Shown piece by piece: positions 59,529-64,000 of a DNA stretch of 64,000 nt. The notes beneath the pieces are model-generated. The model saw nothing but the letters and a program-made list of their open reading frames with translations. It was not told where the DNA came from and ran no database searches. How positions within the stretch are numbered: position 1 is the first letter of the stretch; each line of letters starts with the position of its first letter. The stretch lies in NCBI GenBank assembly GCA_963768425.1, contig CAVYHV010000006.1, forward strand, positions 224,001 through 288,000, in the 5' to 3' direction. Source of the DNA: Candidatus Bathyarchaeota archaeon (GTDB lineage: Archaea > Thermoproteota > Bathyarchaeia > Bathyarchaeales > Bathycorpusculaceae). A program made the translations under genes and the position numbers.

Positions 59529-59669
59529 TTGGAGAACAATAATAACTTTGACTTTAAGCTTTTCCAAGGGGATTGCCTCGAAACATGCGACAGGCTCGAA
59601 CCCAAAACCGTTACTCTGATTTACATGGACCCTCCATTCTTTACTGGGCGTCTAAACTTAAAAATCTAG
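59529..59669 (+). pseudogene. N-terminal relic of an N4/N6 DNA methyltransferase
   Basis: KLFQGDCLETC...VTLIYMDPPFFTG, then stop. Confidence 0.7.
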
Positions 59670-59788
59670 CAATCTGCCAAGAAACCCTTTTTTAGTCTTC
59701 AAACCCTAAGTTTTCATCTTAGCGCAGCCTTAATTTTTTCCGCAAGCACAGTCAATGTTAAATATTTCTTGCACACAGTGGTTTCTCT

Positions 59789-60643
59789 ATGAGCTTCAAA
59801 TCTCAATCGGGTCCTCGTCGAAGTGCTGTGCGCCGTCAAGTCTCGAAGTCCGAGCATGAAAAGAAGACAAAAGAGAAGAAGCAGCGGGCTGCTGCCGGAA
59901 AGTATTTGGAAGAAGAAACGCCAGTTTCAGGGAAAGACATTGTTGACAAAACGTTAGGCAGCTTAACTCGGCTGGGCAATCAGATTTTTGCTCTTTCACC
60001 CTTCAGCCAATACTTTGACCCATGGCTTGTAAACCTGCGACAAATCACCTTAGGATTTGAATCGAGTCCCGCCATAAAAGTAGACGAACAATTTGTCAAG
60101 GAACGCACACAGATTTTCCTCGACGTCGAAGGTGCACTCGCCGAAAAAAGAATCCAGGAGTCAAGTCTCGACGGAGAAGCCAAAGAATTGGCTGATAACA
60201 ACCATCTTCTTGTTGAAACTGATAAAGAGTACGCTGAGAAAACACGGCAGCTTAGCTTCAAACGAAACGCGGACGTTCAACGTTTAAGCACAGAGATCCG
60301 CGAGTTAGAAGACGACGTCGCAAGTCAAGAACAAATTAAGTTCAGCTTCTACAAATTCAACGCCAAAAGAAAAGCGGCGGAAAACCTCGCAAACATACGG
60401 CAGGCGCTGAAAGCTAAAAAAGCAGAGTTGGAAGTGACACTTTCAAGCTTTACAGCTGACCAGGAGAAACTGCATGACAACTACGAGAAGATAAAGCAGG
60501 AAATCACAGACAAAATCGAGAGCCTACATAAGACGCTTGAAAAACTCGAAACCGACATCTCGGTTGAACCCCGGAAGGTAGCATGCAACGCATTGGTAAA
60601 TGCAGTAAATGCTCTTCAACAAAGAAATCCCAGCAGCGCCTGA
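59789..60643 (+). CDS. Hypothetical coiled-coil protein
   Basis: Long E/K/L-rich helical ORF; LGNQIFALSPFSQYFDPW segment. Confidence 0.75.
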   Translation: MSFKSQSGPRRSAVRRQVSKSEHEKKTKEKKQRAAAGKYLEEETPVSGKDIVDKTLGSLTRLGNQIFALSPFSQYFDPWLVNLRQITLGFESSPAIKVDEQFVKERTQIFLDVEGALAEKRIQESSLDGEAKELADNNHLLVETDKEYAEKTRQLSFKRNADVQRLSTEIRELEDDVASQEQIKFSFYKFNAKRKAAENLANIRQALKAKKAELEVTLSSFTADQEKLHDNYEKIKQEITDKIESLHKTLEKLETDISVEPRKVACNALVNAVNALQQRNPSSA

Positions 60644-60689
60644 AATAGAGTAACCCATTAGAGAGACGGCAAAGAAGCCGAACTCTCAG

Positions 60690-60911
60690 TTAGCTTTTAA
60701 GCGGATTTACGTTTAGCTGCGGGGTTGATTTCTCTTGCCCCATAATGGTTTTAAGAGTTTTAGCTTCTTCGCGTAGAGAAGCAACCTCAGCTTCCAGTAA
60801 GGAATATTTTGCTTCAGCCATTTTCTTTAATTCGTCAATTTCGGCAACAAGGCTCTTTTTTTCAGCTTCTAGAATCTTAATTTTCTCAATCGTATTTTGC
60901 AAGTTACTCAT
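60690..60911 (-). CDS. Small coiled-coil protein
   Basis: Continuous heptads; GGGGT SD. Confidence 0.7.
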   Translation of the reverse strand: MSNLQNTIEKIKILEAEKKSLVAEIDELKKMAEAKYSLLEAEVASLREEAKTLKTIMGQEKSTPQLNVNPLKS

Positions 60912-61138
60912 TCCTATTACCCCCTATAAATTGCTCTTTCAACAATTAAGACTTTTGCAAAACCATAATTTCACGCACGAAAAAGAAGAAAAGTACAATG
61001 GAAAACAATAACAAAAACAAATCAAAATTGTTTTTTCAAAGCAGAAAAATAATCCGTGACCTAAATAATGTAGTTTTTATATAGGAATTCGCTGATTAAA
61101 CATACCGCTTATCATTCATATTGTTGGATTGTGTCTGG

Positions 61139-62486
61139 ATGAGGAAGACCGTATTTAAGAAGCTGGAAGCACAAGGGCTAATCGCCAATTACAACCGTCT
61201 AAGAAAGAATTTGCCTCCTAAACTGCCCGACCGCGCATACATCTGGGATGAAACTTTTCGGGAAGGCATTAAGGCGCCGACGGTTTACTTGACTTATTCA
61301 GAGCAGGTGAGACTTGCAAAATTGATGGATGAGTCAGGCGTTGCTTTAATCAACGTTGGGTTTCCTGCCTTGTCCGAAGACGAGAAACGTAACGTAAAAC
61401 GCATCGTAAACGAAAGTTTCAGTAGCGTTAAGCTTACTGCTTCGGCGGAACCGACCAAAAACAGCATCAACGCCTGTTTGGAGTGTGGAATCAAAGAAAT
61501 AACAATTGAGACACCTATCAACGGGTTAAATCTGCAATACAAGCTGAAAATCTCTAAAGCTCAAGCTTTAGATAGGCTTTCCGAAGGCATAGATTATGCG
61601 AGGAAACACGGTGCAACCGTGGATTTCGTGCTTGTGGACGGGACACGAACAACGCTCGAAGATATCTTGGAAGTTTTCGGGGTCGCAGCCAAAACTGGCG
61701 CAAAAACATTAGGCATAGCCGACAGCGTCGGTTTTATTAGGCCCCTCTCGATGCGTTACTTGATGGCTCATATTCGCGACGGGTTACCTGATTCGATACG
61801 TAGTAAAATTCCTTTGTCAATTCATTGTCACAACGACTTTGGCTTAGGCAACAGCAAACACTTTAGCCGCCATGGAGGAAGGCGTCGCGTATTTGCATAC
61901 TTGCATAGCTGGCTTCGGTGAACGGGCTGGAATAGCGCCTTTTGAAGAAGTTGTGACAGGTGCGGAACTTCTCTATAATATAGATACTGGAATAGACATG
62001 GGTAAGATTTACCGTGTCGCTCAAGCAGCAGAAAAAGCATTCGCCCTCCCAATCCAATTCCATAAACCCATCATCGGTGAAAACATTTTCACTCATGAGG
62101 TAGAGGAAGAAGTAGAAGAAATGATGGCTCAACCCCTTCTTTATGAGCCCTTCCCACCGGAAATCGTAGGGCGAGAAACTACGATTTTCATAGGTAGAAG
62201 CACAGGTCAGACACTGATTCAGAAGCTTTTGGAAAAAGCTGGAATCCGCGCGTCGCCTCGCCAGATGGATGAGCTTTTCCGGCGCATCAAGGGTCCGCAA
62301 GAGAGCCTTGACAAAGGTGAAGCCCAAATGACTTTTTACCAGGTGAAACGACTCATGAAAGATCTGCTTAAAGGCTACACGATGGACGAGTTTTGGCGGC
62401 TCGTTGAACAAGTAACAAGGCAGAAACCGAAAATCCCAAAAAACGACAGCAAATCAAATCAAACCGCTGATCAATTAGTATCCTAG
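61139..62486 (+). CDS. Homocitrate/isopropylmalate synthase-family protein (degenerate active site), frameshifted near 61850
   Basis: WDETFREG, VGFP, ADSVG, HCHNDFGL, GERAG. Confidence 0.8.
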
Positions 62487-62611
62487 CTATATCGTAAAAC
62501 ATCGCAAATGGCAGCTGCCTTCCCTTTTGAGTATTTTTTTCTGGACGAAAATCAAATAAGCCGAAATCTAAAAAGGATTCACTCCGGCAATCTCTTGCCA
62601 GTACTGCAGCG

Positions 62612-63622
62612 CTATAAAGAACTCGTAAATTGTAGGCTAACAGCCTGTAACTCTGTGTACGTCAGTTTTCTCGGGTAGTTGTAGATGGGTCCACTTGGTT
62701 TTTCGTTGTAGAAAGGCCTGTTGCAGTCTGGGCAGCCTGAAGTCAGAAAGGGTTCACCTGATAAAACCACATTCTCTAACACTTCTTTAGGCATGCCAAA
62801 ATTCACAATCCTGCCCTCCTTATCAAAACTCATGCCGTCAACCTGGGCAATTCCACTTACAATCAGGAATCTTGCAAGCTGCATCCGTCTGTAAGACTCT
62901 ACCATGGGCGGCGAATTCTTTTCTAGCCTAGTTCCCCGAATTGGCGTAAAAGCAAAAAGACCAGGTGAAACACCCATGTCAACGCATCGCTGAATAATCT
63001 GCACTGCCTCCAGCTCAGTTTCACCTAATCCCACAATCAGGTGCGTGCTCACGTTTCCCCTCCCGAAAACCGTCAACGCCTCTGTCAACATTCGAAACTG
63101 GTTGTTCCAACTGAAAAAACCATCTGCACCCTTTACTTTGTTAAAAATCGTTGCAGACGCGGCGTCCAAAGGTACCCCAAGCCTGTCAACCCCCGCGTTT
63201 GCCAAACGCTCAATGTTCGCTTTTTCAAGAGGCTGGCAGGAAACCGAAACGGGAATTGTCGCTTCTTTCTTTATTTCCCTAACGATGGTTTCCAAGTGAT
63301 CGAAGACTTCGGGGTAGTTTAGGGCTTGGATGCAAACCCGCCTGATTTTGCTTTGCTTGAACCCGTTTCCGAGCGCCGATAGTACTTCCTTCATGGGAAA
63401 GGTTGGCCATGTAACTCTGGATAACAACTCGGCGCTGCCTTTACTGCCTCGGGCTTGGGCGCAGAAGTAGCAGTTAGCCGTGCATTTACCATCCTTATAG
63501 GTCATTAGGTACGCCGTCGTTGGTCTAGCATCTAACTTGCCCTGCAGCAATCCTAGAACTATAGCGGTGCCTGATGAAAGGCGAATTAGGCTGGAGTTTG
63601 AATCTACTTTTTGTCCTTGCAA
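62612..63622 (-). CDS. lipS2: Radical SAM protein, archaeal lipoyl synthase subunit LipS2-like
   Basis: CTANCYFC and TSGCPDCNRP (TxGCPxC(N/D)RP motif). Confidence 0.8.
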   Translation of the reverse strand: MQGQKVDSNSSLIRLSSGTAIVLGLLQGKLDARPTTAYLMTYKDGKCTANCYFCAQARGSKGSAELLSRVTWPTFPMKEVLSALGNGFKQSKIRRVCIQALNYPEVFDHLETIVREIKKEATIPVSVSCQPLEKANIERLANAGVDRLGVPLDAASATIFNKVKGADGFFSWNNQFRMLTEALTVFGRGNVSTHLIVGLGETELEAVQIIQRCVDMGVSPGLFAFTPIRGTRLEKNSPPMVESYRRMQLARFLIVSGIAQVDGMSFDKEGRIVNFGMPKEVLENVVLSGEPFLTSGCPDCNRPFYNEKPSGPIYNYPRKLTYTELQAVSLQFTSSL

Positions 63623-63679
63623 TTAGGTCAAACGGCATGGTGTGAAAAGGTAAGCGGGTGATTTATTGCTAATGGTTTT

Positions 63680-64000
63680 TCATGAGGTTTGCCGTGGCAT
63701 GTGGTTTCTTTTCATACTTAAAGCTCTGCTTGAAATTGACAACAAGAAGAATCCGAGAAAGGCGTATTCTACAAAGGTGAATGTTGCCTGTGACGGAAGA
63801 ACCAGCGTTAGCACAACGCCAATGTACAGTGCACTGCCCATGTATCTGCCTATTGGGTCATGGAGTTTTTTGGCGTAAAGGCTTAAACCGACGAATTGGG
63901 CGAATGCCAAGGTAATTAGAAGCAACAGCCAAACAGAGTAGAAGTCTTTCAAGGTGAAAAACGCGAATATACACATGACAAAGACAAAATCGATGGCTGA
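63680..64000 (-). CDS. Membrane protein, probably 5'-partial
   Basis: Hydrophobic ORF open towards the window end. Confidence 0.55.
   Translation of the reverse strand, partial: SAIDFVFVMCIFAFFTLKDFYSVWLLLLITLAFAQFVGLSLYAKKLHDPIGRYMGSALYIGVVLTLVLPSQATFTFVEYAFLGFFLLSISSRALSMKRNHMPRQTS

Overview
Archaeal chromosomal window, most consistent with Bathyarchaeia (TACK). This is inferred from cdvB-cdvA-cdvB-cdvC, dph5, uS10, ribK/ribL, geranylgeranyl reductase, LipS2, archaeal asparagine synthetase A and GTP-PEPCK; no database search was run. The first ~28 kb is an accessory mosaic: intact, duplicated and decayed toxin-antitoxin modules, a disrupted UvrD-PD-(D/E)XK helicase-nuclease, a G1 peptidase, a glycogen cassette (GT4 + GH13 branching enzyme), MrfAB and redox genes. 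The rest is mostly core genes. Several genes, including housekeeping ones, are split by single-base frameshifts, probably assembly indels. The most unusual signal is a dispersed family of non-coding cis-modules, all clear copies on the + strand. Module A is 3 x 13-bp repeats plus a CCGACCGGTCGG palindrome (3 copies). Module C is a ~62-bp box, usually preceded by a 10-bp tandem array whose unit differs at each locus (6 or more copies). An apparently empty ~400-bp composite sits at 27120-27518, while related modules bracket the glycogen and redox cassettes, and two module A copies adjoin decayed terminase/RHH gene relics. No rRNA, tRNA or CRISPR array was recognised.
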